DNA of 63,723 bases, filler included, from Octopus bimaculoides (GCF_001194135.2; 8 parts of 6 records of this genome joined end to end with filler, not necessarily neighbours in it); one strand, 5' to 3'. Positions 42,891 through 56,065 are shown, numbered from the whole stretch's first letter. A program made the numbers and translations. Notes: generated by a model from the letters alone, not told the origin.

Positions 42891-44275
42891 ACATATGTAT
42901 ATATGTCACATATATTAATATGTCACATATTTTTATAAATCATATTAATGCACTTTCATCTACTCTAATAGATTCTTCAGATTAAAATTTTTGAAGAGAT
43001 TCGTTTCTTGACTTATTAAACTAGCACAGCTGAAATTTCGTATTCCAGACTAACGTCTCACTGTTTATTAACGGTAGTGAGTTTTAAAACGCCTTTAAAT
43101 TAATAACTCGCGCTTGAAACAACCTTAGATTATAATACAATCTGTACAACATTTATAATGAGAATACAAACGTAGAAAGGCATTAACTGTGATATGTTGT
43201 TCTTGAGAAATTGTTCATAAAGAATTTTGTACTGAAAAAACACAGGGCTTCACTCAGAATGACGGTGGATCGACAGATAGGGTGTTTCAACCTGATTTGG
43301 TCTCCTCAGTTAAATGTAGCCGGTCTTTCTGAACAAACAAAAAAATGCTTATATTATTATAGAAATCGGTAAATGAAAGATTTAGTGATTTGTGCAAAAG
43401 TTAGCCAAGCTAGAATTAAGTTGATATTCATTATCCATGCACACTTACATACGTATATATGTATGTTATATGCATAATTGTGTGTGTGTTTGTGTGTGTG
43501 TGTGTGTNNNNNNNNNNNNNNNNNNNNNNNNNNNNNNNNNNNNNNNNNNNNNNNNNNNNNNNNNNNNNNNNNNNNNNNNNNNNNNNNNNNNNNNNNNNNN
43601 NNNNNNNNNNNNNNNNNNNNNNNNNNNNNNNNNNNNNNNNNNNNNNNNNNNNNNNNNNNNNNNNNNNNNNNNNNNNNNNNNNNNNNNNNNNNNNNNNNNN
43701 NNNNNNNNNNNNNNNNNNNNNNNNNNNNNNNNNNNNNNNNNNNNNNNNNNNNNNNNNNNNNNNNNNNNNNNNNNNNNNNNNNNNNNNNNNNNNNNNNNNN
43801 NNNNNNNNNNNNNNNNNNNNNNNNNNNNNNNNNNNNNNNNNNNNNNNNNNNNNNNNNNNNNNNNNNNNNNNNNNNNNNNNNNNNNNNNNNNNNNNNNNNN
43901 NNNNNNNNNNNNNNNNNNNNNNNNNNNNNNNNNNNNNNNNNNNNNNNNNNNNNNNNNNNNNNNNNNNNNNNNNNNNNNNNNNNNNNNNNNNNNNNNNNNN
44001 NNNNNNNNNNNNNNNNNNNNNNNNNNNNNNNNNNNNNNNNNNNNNNNNNNNNNNNNNNNNNNNNNNNNNNNNNNNNNNNNNNNNNNNNNNNNNNNNNNNN
44101 NNNNNNNNNNNNNNNNNNNNNNNNNNNNNNNNNNNNNNNNNNNNNNNNNNNNNNNNNNNNNNNNNNNNNNNNNNNNNNNNNNNNNNNNNNNNNNNNNNNN
44201 NNNNNNNNNNNNNNNNNNNNNNNNNNNNNNNNNNNNNNNNNNNNNNNNNNNNNNNNNNNNNNNNNNNNNNNNNNN

Positions 44276-44329
<54 letters not shown>

Positions 44330-45014
44330 CATGTATGAAACCAGTTTCAGTCTAGTATATCTCTCTAATAGCATTTTTCGGCCAGGGTTATAGTAGCAGA
44401 GACTTTCCCAATTTGACATGCAGTGGAACTAAAGCCATGACCATTTGATTGAAAGCAAAACATCTTAAACACGCACCTACACCTTCTACTAAGCATATGC
44501 GCTTTTCCCTCAATCATGTTAATGATGTTTTTTAAACTACACGCATTTTAAACACGTATATGTACCTATACAGACGAATACATCTTACGATAGAGACAGT
44601 GTGACTTCGTATACACAGCTGAAAATATTCCTTATGTATTCATCAGTTACCAGAATCATCTGAAAATGGTATAGAGGTGCTACTTGTGTTAAGTTATGGC
44701 TCTTTATATTCTACGTTCAAATCGTACTGAGGCCATCCTTGCCTTTCAACATACCGAGCTTCGTAAAATATTAGTCACGTACTGCTGTTGATTTCTATAA
44801 TGCATTCTAAATTTTAATGGAATAACAGAAGTCTTGAGGAAATAGCAAAGCAATCAAAAGAAATACTATTTACACCGGAGCTGTGTATTAAATACGCTGA
44901 TATGATTTGTTTATACGCACTTATGCAAAGTCACACATATACACACGCCTATATATATATATATATATATATATTATACTTAAACAAGAATATTATTGTT
45001 TAATAATAAACAAT

Positions 45015-45946
45015 GACTTCGAATATTTGGTCAGCTCAGCTGTCGTCGGACTGTGATGAATTGAAGTTAATCTTGGCTTTATACAGTCTTTGTTGAGTTA
45101 AGAATCTTCTTTGGATACGTGGATGTGAGTGGAGTGGTAATTAGGTTGTAGGTGGAATTTTGGTTGAGAGATGTATTGGAGATTTTTTTATTAATTGAAA
45201 TTGTAGTTTCGTTATTGTTTAGAATTTAATCATTATGTAGAACTTTCTAAGCAGATGTGTATATTTAGATGTGTTCCCTAGAACTTTCTAAGCAGATGTG
45301 TATATTTAGATGTGTTCCCTAGAACTTTCTAGGCAGATGTGTATATTTAGATGTGTTCCCTACAGGTCATCGTATTGTCTTTTAGTGGTTCGAATAAAAG
45401 GATGTAGGTAGGTCTAGGATACGCCAGTAGTTTTAGTTTTATAAGATTTACTCCTTTGTTTTGATAATGTAAAGGTCAAAGTTTCAAAGTTTAGACCATT
45501 ATTTAAAAACTTAGTATTTTGATGTGCCAACTATCTTGTGAACCCTTAGTGTTCATAAAATATTGTAGGAAGGCGGTATGTTTTAGCTGGTCAGTTTCTT
45601 TACTTGCTGTTGTTGTTGTTGTTATTTAGGGCATTTCCTGTTTGTATTTGGAAGGTAGGGTTATTAGTCTGGCATATCGTGGTATGTTTAGTAAAGAAAT
45701 TTATTTCCCTTGTGCTTTGATGTTCACAGATGATGTGTGTAGGTGTAAAGGTTGTTGGTCTGTATGTTTTTCTCTAGGTGTTGGTTGTTCTATAAACAAT
45801 TTTATTAATATATAGAAATTCTAACCTTTCTATTTTATGTAGGCATAATTTAGGGGCTACTTGTTTATAAATATTTCTTCAATTCTCTTTCAAATATGGG
45901 TATTTTATAATATATTATTTTAGGCCTCTGGGTATATGACCCTCAT

Positions 45947-46020
<74 letters not shown>

Positions 46021-46355
46021 CTGAAACTATTGGTACATCCTAGACGTGCCTACATCCTTTTTGTGAACCACAAAAAGACAATCTCTGAAGGGAGCACTCC
46101 CAAAATACATACCTGCTTACAATGTTCTACATACATGAATATATTCTAAACAATATCATAACTCCAAAGTTAATTCATAAATTTGTCTCCACAACAACCT
46201 TCTACCACCAGCCACCCTAAAACCTAATTGCCACTCGTCTCTGACCCACAAACCAAGGAAGATTCTAATTTAACAAATACTATATAAAGCCAAGTTTAAC
46301 TTCAATGCATTGCAGTCCGACAATGACTTAACTGGCCGACACTTCGAAGTCACTG
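45015..46355. mobile_element. Back-to-back pair of Penelope-like remnants separated by (TA)n
   Basis: 46019-46355 (+) is a diverged reverse-complement match to ~45015-45440 (e.g. tataaagccaag..taacttcaat..cagtccgac..cgaagtca). Confidence 0.7.
45238..45362. repeat. 41-bp tandem repeat x3
   Basis: tagaactttctaagcagatgtgtatatttagatgtgttccc at 45238, 45279 and 45320. Confidence 0.95.
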
Positions 46356-47569
46356 TCTATATTATTCTTGGTTGAAAATGATAATTTATAATTTGTACTC
46401 TACAAAAGTATAGAGTAACGCAAGAGATTAATGTAAAATTGTTTTTATCACAACTGAACATGAAAACATGCACATAAATAAATAAGTAGCGAGAGATACA
46501 TACATACATGCATACGTGTACGTAAATATACATATATAAATACACGAACACACGTATACAGTTATAAATATGATATATATATATATATATATATATATAN
46601 NNNNNNNNNNNNNNNNNNNNNNNNNNNNNNNNNNNNNNNNNNNTTAATTAATTAANNNNNNNNNNNNNNNNNNNNNNNNNNNNNNNNNNNNNNNNNNNNA
46701 TATATATATATATATATAAATCTAGGCTAATCTAATTAATTCAGAAACCACTATTTAGTGTACGGTGGTGATGCTGTTGTTATCAGAATTATTAACTTAG
46801 TGGTCAACAGAATCGGTAGAACAATCGGCGAAATAGATAATAGTATTTAGTTACGTCTCTATGTTCTGAGTTCCAATTCTACCCTACGGTGTTGACTTCG
46901 TCTTTCATATCCCCGGTTCAATGAAGTAAATACCAATTAAATGATGAAGAGATAGATATAATGAACAATTTCTTCCTAATGTTGTTTCATCAATGAAATA
47001 AAATCATTAGTATTATTAGGCATGCCTCATTATAATAATATGACAATAAGAATTAAACTCAAAAAGTTACAAAAGAGTGAAATATACATTGTAAAGTATT
47101 TAGTGCAAATGTGGTTAATCAGACAATACAGTATTTCAACTGATTAGCATACGCTACGCCAATTTGATCAGGAAATGCGAATAACTTGGTTTGATCTTGT
47201 GCCAGAATCTCCATTTTGACATTTCCCTTTGGAGTGTGATGAAAGAACTGAAACACGCCTTCTATTACTTTAACTTCAAAGTCAGTAAAGTCACTCACAT
47301 ATACATACAGAGAGAGTGGGGTGACTATAAACAACTTTTTTGTATACAATACAAAGTGCTCATACACATTAGTAGAGAGTCCTGCAGTGTATAGTGTGTA
47401 TATACTTAGTGCATGCAGCAACTTTCGCATCATGGTTTTGCAGTAATATTATCAAAGAATTTATACATAATGATCTTCTGTGGATTTTAACGAAGTTGTT
47501 GATGCAGAAGACAAGGTGCCGACCTCTGACGCATTGCATGACACCAGCTGTGCTCTGGTGTCCAGAAAG

Positions 47570-47900
47570 AATTAGTAGTATATCATACTTGTTCTTCACG
47601 TCGATAATGGTTCTGTTCTTCTCTTCATTATTGGTGTCTGAACGTCTTTATAATATAATAGTTTTCTAATAAACATATTTCGCGTCGTTTAAGACGATTA
47701 TTTCATGTGGTGGCTTTGTCCAAGATACGCCATGTAATGGTCGATAGACCAAACTCCGGCTTTGTTCTATCAACTCTGCTTTGACAGCGTTGTAGTATTT
47801 TCTTTGGGCCAAGGTCTAAGATAGCTCATATACTGGTATATACGCCGCTTCAATTAGGTATGTGTTAAACCTAAATAATACATTATACATCGAACAAATT
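47570..47900 (-). mobile_element. Penelope GIY-YIG endonuclease remnant
   Basis: YLGLTHT*LKRRIYQ..ENTTTLSK..ITWRILDKA..RLKR.EICLLENYYII..KRRTE.LST..KNKY across frames. Confidence 0.75.
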
Positions 47901-48479
47901 CATATAACTTATCTCTTTAAAGAACTATGGGGTTGAGATCTGTGAAATGATAAAATTACGTCACCTGTGCGAAATAGAATGGGTATGCTACACCACTATT
48001 GTGGAACTGTATAAAGACAACGGTCTAACGGTTTCCAAGAGTTGGAGTGGATAGATAACCAGGAACGCGAAAGAAAATATCATTACCATCTTCAATGACT
48101 TTCACCTGTAGAAACCGACATAATCTCTGAGAAATTCTTCATACAACAATAAATCTAATCTCTGATTCGAATGAGCACTATGTAAAACTTGACAACTAAC
48201 CTCTCTCCATATATTCAGTTTCCAACAATTCACACCATATATCATGAAACGATATAGCAGTATAAAGTAAACGCATGAGCTGTTTCTCCTGTGATTAAAC
48301 AATTTTTCACAGCACTAAAGAGAAGAATAACCATTTGAAAACCACCCATTTGAAATAGAACATAACCTTATGAAATAGAATATAAATAATTCACCACAAA
48401 TAGCAAATATAAAAAGAAGGGAAAGTAAAAGATACTAGGGACGAATAGAATCTGATTCAATCCACTGGCCATCAGGAAT

Positions 48480-49000
48480 GTTATAAAGTCAATTTGCAGC
48501 ATTTACACCACAAACATTTGCATAAAATACAAGAACAATATAACGACCAGCTATTCCACAAATCATTCGATAAGATCCCTTTTGTTGCATAAACAGATTT
48601 CTTTTTTGTAATATAAAACAAACAGAAGATAACTGTCAAAATAATGGGTCGTGTGCTTGGTGTAGTCAGTTATTAACTAAATGCATTGCGTATCAGGCCA
48701 CTATAACAAGAGGTAAAGGAATAGTACTGTTTATTTATTCTGAAAGCATATAAAACTAAACACTTCCAGTATATAACCTCTTTCAAAAACTGTCACAAAG
48801 AAAATGCTATACACTTCTCGAAGTATATCTGGAAACAGAAAAATAGTGCTATGTTGATCAACACTGAATTGTGTGATCTTCACAACACTCCTACATATAC
48901 TAATAATTGTAATCGGTTCAGTTTTGTCTGACTGAGAACTATCACATTACAAACCGCTCCACACCAATCCTGAACAGAAAATGCAGAGCTTTGAAAATAT
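48480..49000 (+). mobile_element. Penelope GIY-YIG remnant, opposite orientation
   Basis: TSFKNCHKENAIHFSKYIWKQK..YTNNCNR.. pattern. Confidence 0.6.
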
Positions 49001-49123
49001 AACATTCCATTTCTTTTATCGAGAACTACAGCAACGTCAGCTGAAGCGTACTACGTCTGCGTTTCTTAATACTACCAATAAATCATGGCTCTTTCTTTCT
49101 GTCTGTCTCTCTTTCTATCTTTC

Positions 49124-49161
<38 letters not shown>

Positions 49162-50034
49162 NNNNNNNNNNNNNNNNNNNNNNNNNNNNNNNNNNNNNNN
49201 NNNNNNNNNNNNNNNNNNNNNNNNNNNNNNNNNNNNNNNNNNNNNNNNNNNNNNNNNNNNNNNNNNNNNNNNNNNNNNNNNNNNNNNNNNNNNNNNNNNN
49301 NNNNNNNNNNNNNNNNNNNNNNNNNNNNNNNNNNNNNNNNNNNNNNNNNNNNNNNNNNNNNNNNNNNNNNNNNNNNNNNNNNNNNNNNNNNNNNNNNNNN
49401 NNNNNNNNNNNNNNNNNNNNNNNNNNNNNNNNNNNNNNNNNNNNNNNNNNNNNNNNNNNNNNNNNNNNNNNNNNNNNNNNNNNNNNNNNNNNNNNNNNNN
49501 NNNNNNNNNNNNNNNNNNNNNNNNNNNNNNNNNNNNNNNNNNNNNNNNNNNNNNNNNNNNNNNNNNNNNNNNNNNNNNNNNNNNNNNNNNNNNNNNNNNN
49601 NNNNNNNNNNNNNNNNNNNNNNNNNNNNNNNNNNNNNNNNNNNNNNNNNNNNNNNNNNNNNNNNNNNNNNNNNNNNNNNNNNNNNNNNNNNNNNNNNNNN
49701 NNNNNNNNNNNNNNNNNNNNNNNNNNNNNNNNNNNNNNNNNNNNNNNNNNNNNNNNNNNNNNNNNNNNNNNNNNNNNNNNNNNNNNNNNNNNNNNNNNNN
49801 NNATATATATATATATATATACAAAGCTACACATACAAACACATGAATACGTACATATACATACATATATACATACATATGTATGCAGATATACCTCACG
49901 CTACTTCGTTAATTGTTTCCAGGAGACACGAGACACGACTTAAGGCGAATTAACTTGTCTCTAGGTGAGGCTTGGCTGAATTTACTTGCCTTTAGGTTAA
50001 ACTGATAATAACCATTCCCAGTTCAGGACTTTAT

Positions 50035-50470
50035 TTATGAATGCATTTTCAATAACACATGGTTAAAAATCTGTTCGGGAAGAAACCTGTTTTCTTCAAT
50101 GATTTTCTTTAATGCATTAGGAAATTCCGCTGCTGCTTGTTCGTCAGCTGATGTACTTTCACCTTGCTTTTTAGTGGAGTGATAACTTCTTCGCTCCTTA
50201 AATCTCACGAACCATCCTTGACTTGCCTTGAACTTTACAACTTTCTCATCTAGATATTTTTTCTTGAGGTCTTCAAACAAAGGCAATCCTTTCTCTTAAA
50301 TGATTTCATGATTAGTAGCAGGCTGACGATTCAACCTAACAACCCAAAGAGAAATAAGACTTTCCATTTCATCAAAGGTTTTGCCTCTTTTCTTATTGAT
50401 GACAGTACTCTTCATCCCGGGGACTTCAGCGTTGTGAGAGTTTATTGAGCAAGAATACCTAAAACTCCAC
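50035..50470 (-). mobile_element. Tigger/pogo transposase fragment (CENP-B-type HTH)
   Basis: MKSTVINKKRGK..EMESLISLW / LFEDLKKK..FKASQGWFVRFKERR..GESTSADEQAAAEF..KKIIEE..LPEQIFN. Confidence 0.88.
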
Positions 50471-50553
50471 GAGGCTCCGGCCAGGGGTGGTGGTGAACCC
50501 TGCTGTACTCTTTCACCACAACTTTCTCTCACTCTTTCTTCTTGATTTGTAGC

Positions 50554-50735
50554 TGTATTTCAAAGAGCCAGCCTTGTCACACTCTGTGCCATGTAGAGTC
50601 TCACCGAGAACTACGTTAAGGGCACACGTGTCTGTAGAGTTCTCAGCCACTTGCACGTTAATTTCACGATCAGGCTGTTCCGTTGATCGGACCAACTGGA
50701 ACTCTCGTCGTAGTAACCGACGGAGTGCCACGATA
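50554..50735 (+). mobile_element. SINE family A, 3' half
   Basis: ctgtatttcaaagagccagccttgtcac...gagaactacgttaagggcacacgtgtc...gtaaccgacggagtgcc. Confidence 0.8.
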
Positions 50736-50974
50736 TANNNNNNNNNNNNNNNNNNNNNNNNNNNNNNNNNNNNNNNNNNNNTTAATTAATTAANNNNNNN
50801 NNNNNNNNNNNNNNNNNNNNNNNNNNNNNNNNNNNNNTCCTATATCCTGTCATTATTTTTCTTGTTTTCCTGTCTATTTTACATAGTTCGTTTAGTGTCC
50901 AGTTAAGGATGTTGTAGCTGTAGCTTATAACTGGGACAGCTAAAGTGTTGATACCCATTATCTTGTTTTTAGCA

Positions 50975-51014
<40 letters not shown>

Positions 51015-51016
51015 GA

Positions 51017-51232
51017 AGGTGGTGAGCTGGTAGAATCGTTAGCACGCCGAGTAAAGTGCTTAACGGTATCTCACCCGTCGTTACGTTCTGTGTTCAAATT
51101 CCGCCGGGGTCGACTTTGCCTTTCATCCTTTTGGGGTCGATAAATTAAGTACCAGTTGCATACCGGGGTTGATCTAATCGACTGGGCCTCCTCCCCAAAA
51201 ATTTCAGGCCTTGTGCCTATAGTAGAAAGGAT
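51017..51232 (+). mobile_element. SINE family B, full length, CpG-intact, flanked by (ATT)n
   Basis: ggtggtgagctggtagaatcgttagcacgccg...ccttgtgcctatagtagaaaggattattatt. Confidence 0.85.
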
Positions 51233-51398
51233 TATTATTACTATTGATAATAATAATAATAATAATAATAATCTTTTCTTACTGGAAGCACAATGCCTGG
51301 TTTGGGATGGGGGTGTGAGTCGATTACATCAATCCCAGTGCTCTAGTGGTACTTATTTCATCGATTCCGAAAGGAGAAAGGCGAACAGCGCATATTCA

Positions 51399-51842
51399 TT
51401 ACGGCAACATTTTCTATGAACGCAACTCTTCCGTAACTCGAAGGCTGTCTAATAATAATGAACAACGTGTACGCATTAAATGCCGCCGTTATGGCGAGAT
51501 TTCTATGAAAGCAACTCTTTCGTAACCCGTGTAAGATAAGTTATTAACGCAACTGTTCCGTAACGCGGGTGGGAGGCTTGTAATAACTATAAACAGTGCG
51601 TGTGCATTATAGATGATGGTTTCGCCGCCTCCACCCCTTTAAATGACTCTGCCGGAATTCACACGCACATCGCGACTTCGAGCTGCCGACATCACAACGT
51701 CGCCAGTAGTCGTAGTAATAGCAGAGACTACTCTCGGTATTTGCTACATTAGCGACATCAGTTCCTCGATGGTTTTTCAAGAACGTTTTCGAAAGAAGGA
51801 AATTTGCGAACAAGAAAGGGAAAAAGGAGGGGTAAGGTAAGT
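51399..51842 (+). promoter_or_regulatory. Candidate promoter and first exon
   Basis: CpG-rich unique sequence with three copies of a GCAACTCTTCCGTAAC-type motif, TATAAA at 51588, and a consensus donor AAG|GTAAGT at 51836/51837. Confidence 0.4.
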
Positions 51843-51989
51843 TGGGTTTTTTTCAGCATGCTAGAAATAGCAACCAAATAGGCCTCAAAAACAAGGAGCA
51901 TCTGAACGTAATGGCCAGAGGCATGGTGTGCGGCACACATCTTTGTCGGCCCCAGGTCAACTAATGCCTTGTGAGTGGCCTTAGTAGAC

Positions 51990-52362
51990 AGAAATTGTGT
52001 AGCTGTGTGGTAAGAAGCTCGCTTCCCAGTCACTGGGTTCATTTCCACTGCATGGAACCTTGGGCAAGTGTCTTCTACTATATCCTCGGGTTGACCAAAG
52101 CCTTGTAAGTGGATTTGGTAGACGGAAACTGAAAAAATCCCGTCATATGTGAATATATATCTATGTGTGCGTGTCTTTGTGCCTATGTTTGTCACCGTTG
52201 GTGTGTTTGTGTCCCTGTAACTTAGCAGTTCGACAAAAGAGAACGATAGAATAAGTACCAGACTGAAAAAATAAGTACTGGAGTTGATTCATTCGACTAA
52301 AAATTCAAGGCGATTCCCCCAGCGTAGCTGCAGTCTAATGACTGAAACAAGTAAAAGATAAA
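51990..52362 (+). mobile_element. SINE family C
   Basis: tgtgtggtaagaagctcgcttccc...gtagacggaaactgaaa...gactgaaacaagtaaaag. Confidence 0.8.
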
Positions 52363-52364
52363 CG

Positions 52365-52401
<37 letters not shown>

Positions 52402-53712
52402 AAGTTAAATGTTATGGTCGGTCAGAGAGTGACGATTGGTTTCGCACCTATAAAGCGCTTAGCAGTATAGGCAACTCATCAGATTCAAATGGCAGAAGGT
52501 GCATAACCTCTCTACAACTGAAGGAAGAAATACGTAACGGTCAATTAGTTTTGTACGCAAAAAATATTTGCCTGAAATTGACTCCGGCCAAAAGAGCTGT
52601 GGCGGGCCTATTCAATGAATGGGGAATTCCATGTTTGTAGTAGGAGGGAATGTATGTAGTAGGNNNNNNNNNNNNNNNNNNNNNNNNNNNNNNNNNNNNN
52701 NNNNNNNNNNNNNNNNNNNNNNNNNNNNNNNNNNNNNNNNNNNNNNNNNNNNNNNNNNNNNNNNNNNNNNNNNNNNNNNNNNNNNNNNNNNNNNNNNNNN
52801 NNNNNNNNNNNNNNNNNNNNNNNNNNNNNNNNNNNNNNNNNNNNNNNNNNNNNNNNNNNNNNNNNNNNNNNNNNNNNNNNNNNNNNNNNNNNNNNNNNNN
52901 NNNNNNNNNNNNNNNNNNNNNNNNNNNNNNNNNNNNNNNNNNNNNNNNNNNNNNNNNNNNNNNNNNNNNNNNNNNNNNNNNNNNNNNNNNNNNNNNNNNN
53001 NNNNNNNNNNNNNNNNNNNNNNNNNNNNNNNNNNNNNNNNNNNNNNNNNNNNNNNNNNNNNNNNNNNNNNNNNNNNNNNNNNNNNNNNNNNNNNNNNNNN
53101 NNNNNNNNNNNNNNNNNNNNNNNNNNNNNNNNNNNNNNNNNNNNNNNNNNNNNNNNNNNNNNNNNNNNNNNNNNNNNNNNNNNNNNNNNNNNNNNNNNNN
53201 NNNNNNNNNNNNNNNNNNNNNNNNNNNNNNNNNNNNNNNNNNNNNNNNNNNNNNNNNNNNNNNNNNNNNNNNNNNNNNNNNNNNNNNNNNNNNNNNNNNN
53301 NNNNNNNNNNNNNNNNNNNNNNNNNNNNNNNNNNNNNNNNNNNNNNNNNNNNNNNNNNNNNNNNNNNNNNNNNNNNNNNNNNNNNNNNNNNNNNNNNNNN
53401 NNNNNNNNNNNNNNNNNNNNNNNNNNNNNNNNNNNNNNNNNNNNNNNNNNNNNNNNNNNNNNNNNNNNNNNNNNNNNNNNNNNNNNNNNNNNNNNNNNNN
53501 NNNNNNNNNNNNNNNNNNNNNNNNNNGTGTGTGTAACAAATATGACAGCATGAATGTCCTTGTGCGCTTAACCCTTTTTTCTGTAGGTATTTTATAACAC
53601 CATTCTTCCCGGGCGTTAACCTAATACACTTGCTTGTTGTTCCGTTTTGAGATAGAAACTCAGCGGCAAGTGAACGATGCGTGTTCATTGAGTATATGTG
53701 GCTGATGACGTT

Positions 53713-53744
<32 letters not shown>

Positions 53745-53748
<4 letters not shown>

Positions 53749-54145
53749 ACGACGGTCTTGGTGTGTTTACATCTCTCGTAACTCAACGGTTTGGGAAAAA
53801 GAAACCGATAGAATGAGTACCAGGCTTGAGAATAAGATAAGTACTGGGGTCGATTGACTAAAATTTCTCAGGGCAATGCCCCAGCATGGCCACAGTTTAA
53901 TGACTGAAACAGGTAAAAGATGAAACATATAAATGTATGCATTTATTTTCTGTTTATGTTTGTCTTCCTCCCTCCACCGCTTGACAACCGGTGTCGGTTT
54001 GTTTACATCGTTTTAACTAAGCCGTTAAGCAAAAGATACTGACAAAGTAACTAAATCTCAGACATATTCTAGTACTGAAATCGATATTTTTCAACTAAAT
54101 TCTTCGAGACGGTGATCCAGTATGGCTGAAAAAAGTAAAAGATAA
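53745..54145 (+). mobile_element. Two SINE family C 3' halves
   Basis: ggtgtgtttacatc...gaaaccgatagaatgagtacc...cagcatggcc; second copy from ccaccgcttgacaaccgg. Confidence 0.7.
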
Positions 54146-54534
54146 AAAAACAAAACAAAAAAAAAGACCGTCTTGCTTGATCGGGGCAGACCTAATGTTA
54201 AACTACATTTAAATGGAGAAACTTTGTGGTCTTGCTGGATATACCAGCCAAGGCTCATTCAAATAAATTGAATGAAGTTGTTCGAGAAAGACATGCAAAA
54301 ATTATAAGGTAGACACTGTTAAACGAAGTATAGAATTGTAGTTTGGTCTGCATTGTTTCAAATCACTAAGTTCTAAGTTCAAATCCCACCTCTTCTAAAC
54401 ACCTCTGATAAAACTCCAATGAAGATTGATAATCAAATAAAACTGTCTCCCATTATTTCAGTATATGGAAAAATAGCTAGAATTGACACGCTATGTGTAC
54501 TTCGTAGGTTTACATATATTATGTCATATTCTGC

Positions 54535-55128
54535 ATATTTTGCTTTAAGAGTTCAATAAATGCAACAGCGCAACAGAAAATGCAAGGAATGTTAATGTAG
54601 TATATCGGACAATAAGCATAAGCCAGTGTCAATGGTGATTCCAGAAATTCTGAGCTGGGAACTACAGCCTAGAAGGTGAGCCCTGTCCTGGAGGTCTGTA
54701 GAGCTTAACGAAGACGTCCTGCAAACCTTTGTGGAACAAAATCCCATCATAACTGTTGGGGGACTAGCAGAGAAGCTTGGATTTGGTTATTCAGCCATTC
54801 ATCGACACCTGCGTGCAATTGGAAAAGTCAGCAAATTGGGTCAGTAAGTTCCTCGCAAACTTTCTGAGTCTAATCACGTGCAGAGAATGAATGTGTGCTC
54901 TTCTTTGCTGTCACATTTAACGAATGAACCCTTTTTGGACCGAATAGTGTCTGGTGATGAGAAATGGGTTCTCTATAAAAATGTCAAACGCCGAAGACAG
55001 TGGGTAGGGAAAGGAGAAACATCGGCACCCCAGGCTAAAGAAGGTCTTCACCCACGTAAGGTGTTGCTATCTGTTTGGTGGGATATGAAAGGTTAAGTCT
55101 ACTTTGAACTTTTAAACCCAAACAAAAC
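54535..55128 (+). mobile_element. Mariner transposase pseudogene, N-terminal two-thirds, cut by a gap
   Basis: GNYSLE..LAEKLGF...IHRHLRAIGKVSKLGQ*VP / FLDRIVSGDEKWVLYKN..LHPRKVLLSVWWDMKG. Confidence 0.9.
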
Positions 55129-55469
55129 NNNNNNNNNNNNNNNNNNNNNNNNNNNNNNNNNNNNNNNNNNNNNNNNNNNNNNNNNNNNNNNNNNNNNNNN
55201 NNNNNNNNNNNNNNNNNNNNNNNNNNNNNNNNNNNNNNNNNNNNNNNNNNNNNNNNNNNNNNNNNNNNNNNNNNNNNNNNNNNNNNNNNNNNNNNNNNNN
55301 NNNNNNNNNNNNNNNNNNNNNNNNNNNNNNNNNNNNNNNNNNNNNNNNNNNNNNNNNNNNNNNNNNNNNNNNNNNNNNNNNNNNNNNNNNNNNNNNNNNN
55401 NNNNNNNNNNNNNNNNNNNNNNNNNNNNNNNNNNNNNNNNNNNNNNNNNNNNNNNNNNNNNNNNNNNNN

Positions 55470-55905
55470 GGGTTTCAATTTTTGATAACTTCCTTAACTT
55501 TACAGATAGATGCATGAAATTTTGATACAATATAAAAGACATAATGGAAATTAATATGCATGAGTCAAATTTTGCAACACCACTACATCACATATGAAAA
55601 ATGACATTGCCCAAAACTTGCACCATAACACCCTCAAGAATCTCAGACCCCACTTTTCTGATTTCTCTATTGATGTTCTCCTTCAGTTGCACCAGGATCT
55701 CTGGTTTGTTGACGTAAACCCTCTCTTTCAGGTATCCCCACAAGAAACAATCCCGGCTGGTCAAGTCTGGGGAACGTGAAGGCCAGCTGACAAACCCGTA
55801 GCGGGAGATAATTCTCTCTGCAAAGCGCTGCCATAGTAACTGCATTGTTTCTGTTGCCGTATGAGCAGTTGCCTCATCTTGCTGGAACCATGTGGGAGGC
55901 CTACT
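55470..55905 (-). mobile_element. DD41D (rosa/Visitor-type) Tc1/mariner transposase C-terminus
   Basis: WFQQDEATAHT...WPSRSPDLTSRDCFLWGYLKERVY has 41 residues between the second and third D by my count. Confidence 0.85.
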
Positions 55906-56065
55906 TTGAATGGCCGTTGTTAATCTTACACTGTTTGGTGACCACAGGTGGGAGCAGTAATCCAGACGGCTGTGAGCGAAAGTCCTCCAGAGGACCATCA
56001 TGGTCTCCTTTTCTTTGGTTTTGAAAGTTCGAAGGATCCACTCGGCCAGGCATCAACATTTTACA
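55905..56065 (-). mobile_element. CR1/L2-like LINE RT-tail fragment
   Basis: WILRTFKTKEKETMMVLWRTFAHSRLDYCSHLWSP. Confidence 0.8.

Noticed and set aside
45238-45362. CRISPR-like array (also 29147-29290 and 51399-51567)
   Set aside because: No unique spacers, no cas genes, eukaryotic context. These are tandem duplications or motif clusters.
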